A stretch of 64,000 bases of DNA, taken from positions 1 through 64,000 of IMG/VR virus record IMGVR_UViG_3300005689_000302; one strand, given 5' to 3'. Under the pieces are notes generated by a model, which was not told the DNA's origin, made no database searches, and worked only from the letters and a program-made list of their open reading frames with translations. Source of the DNA: a virus. Lineage: Duplodnaviria; Caudoviricetes. This document shows, one piece after another, positions 63,620 through 64,000 of the stretch (positions are counted from its first letter, which is position 1; each line of letters starts with the position of its first letter). The translations under genes were made by a program, and so were the position numbers.

Positions 63620-64000
63620 CTAGCGATCGCGCAGCCGCGCTTGCAGCCGGCGGTATTCCTGAAGGAACTGGATCCGGGCCGATTCGCAATCGAGCGGATC
63701 GTCGTACGGTGATTCCAGCTCTTCGCGCGTCTCGCTGTGGTCGACGGCGGCGACGACGTCCAGTTCCCAGCGGCCGGCGATGCCGATCCCGGCGTACTCG
63801 TGGATCGCCCATCGAACGCGATCTTCGATCCGGCGCCAGCGCTCGCCGAGCATGTGCTTCAGCGGCGTCGGGCAATCGCCCATGTACGCTTCCGCTGCGT
63901 CGTGAAGCAATCCGATCATCGCCAGCCGATCGCCGCGGTGCGCCAGCCGCCACGAGACGCGCAAGCTGTGCTCGGCGACGGTGTGCGGGCGGTCCAAGTG
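63620..64000 (-). CDS. HD-domain phosphohydrolase (YfbR-like), 5' partial
   Basis: HTVAEHSLRV...GLLHDAAEAYMGDCPTPLK...VVAAVD; frame open to the window edge. Confidence 0.85.
   Translation of the reverse strand, partial: HLDRPHTVAEHSLRVSWRLAHRGDRLAMIGLLHDAAEAYMGDCPTPLKHMLGERWRRIEDRVRWAIHEYAGIGIAGRWELDVVAAVDHSETREELESPYDDPLDCESARIQFLQEYRRLQARLRDR

Larger units (their letters stand above)
1..64000. mobile_element. Tailed phage/prophage segment with Mu-like head genes, probable Planctomycetota host; both ends open
   Basis: Co-oriented TerS, TerL, portal, protease/scaffold, MCP, adaptor, tail tube, chaperone, TMP and tail genes; no bacterial housekeeping genes; ORFs truncated at both edges. Confidence 0.95.

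Noticed and set aside
63620-64000. DatZ-type dATPase implying a 2-aminoadenine genome
   Set aside because: HD hydrolases of this type are common in phages; no purZ or dedicated polymerase in the window
1-64000. tRNA, integrase, att site or Mu-type transposase
   Set aside because: None recognisable by eye; Mu-like head genes alone do not imply a transposable phage. tRNAscan-SE and flanking sequence are needed

Overview
The whole 64 kb window is a high-GC tailed phage or prophage segment (Caudoviricetes). The host is most likely a planctomycete, judged from a TIGR02996-type domain, a Planctomycete cytochrome c-type domain and a Planctomycete-type secreted protein. No integrase, att site, tRNA or CRISPR array was recognised. 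Layout: (1) about 1-4.5 kb, small accessory genes (DUF6745-like pair, RNA-ligase-like gene broken by an in-frame TAG, ASCH, Zn/HTH). (2) 4.6-9.6 kb, an operon with a subtilisin, two secreted CxxCH c-type cytochromes and small membrane proteins. (3) 9.8-17 kb, small hypotheticals behind a second copy of the same promoter, plus an unlisted antisense histone-H1-like peptide. (4) TerS and TerL; TerL carries a 331-aa intein whose interior encodes an HNH endonuclease in a different reading frame. (5) A Mu-like head module in which the DUF935-type portal is fused to about 1,850 aa of polyvalent cargo (kinase-like, ParB-like, InPase-like, LPD-like), followed by a second 1,144-aa cargo polyprotein, protease/scaffold, decoration protein and major capsid protein; cargo modules are delimited by a recurrent [RK]Y[AS]...WxExxHPRxxxGxF leader. 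(6) An antisense PD-(D/E)XK endonuclease, then neck and tail genes with a -1 frameshifted chaperone, a short tape measure, fibres and a Cys-rich tip. (7) A glycosyltransferase-like/HAD/epimerase trio. (8) A convergent minus-strand block (Rad52/Sak-like annealase, HD hydrolase) running off the right edge. Family names come from motif recognition by eye and need HMM confirmation.
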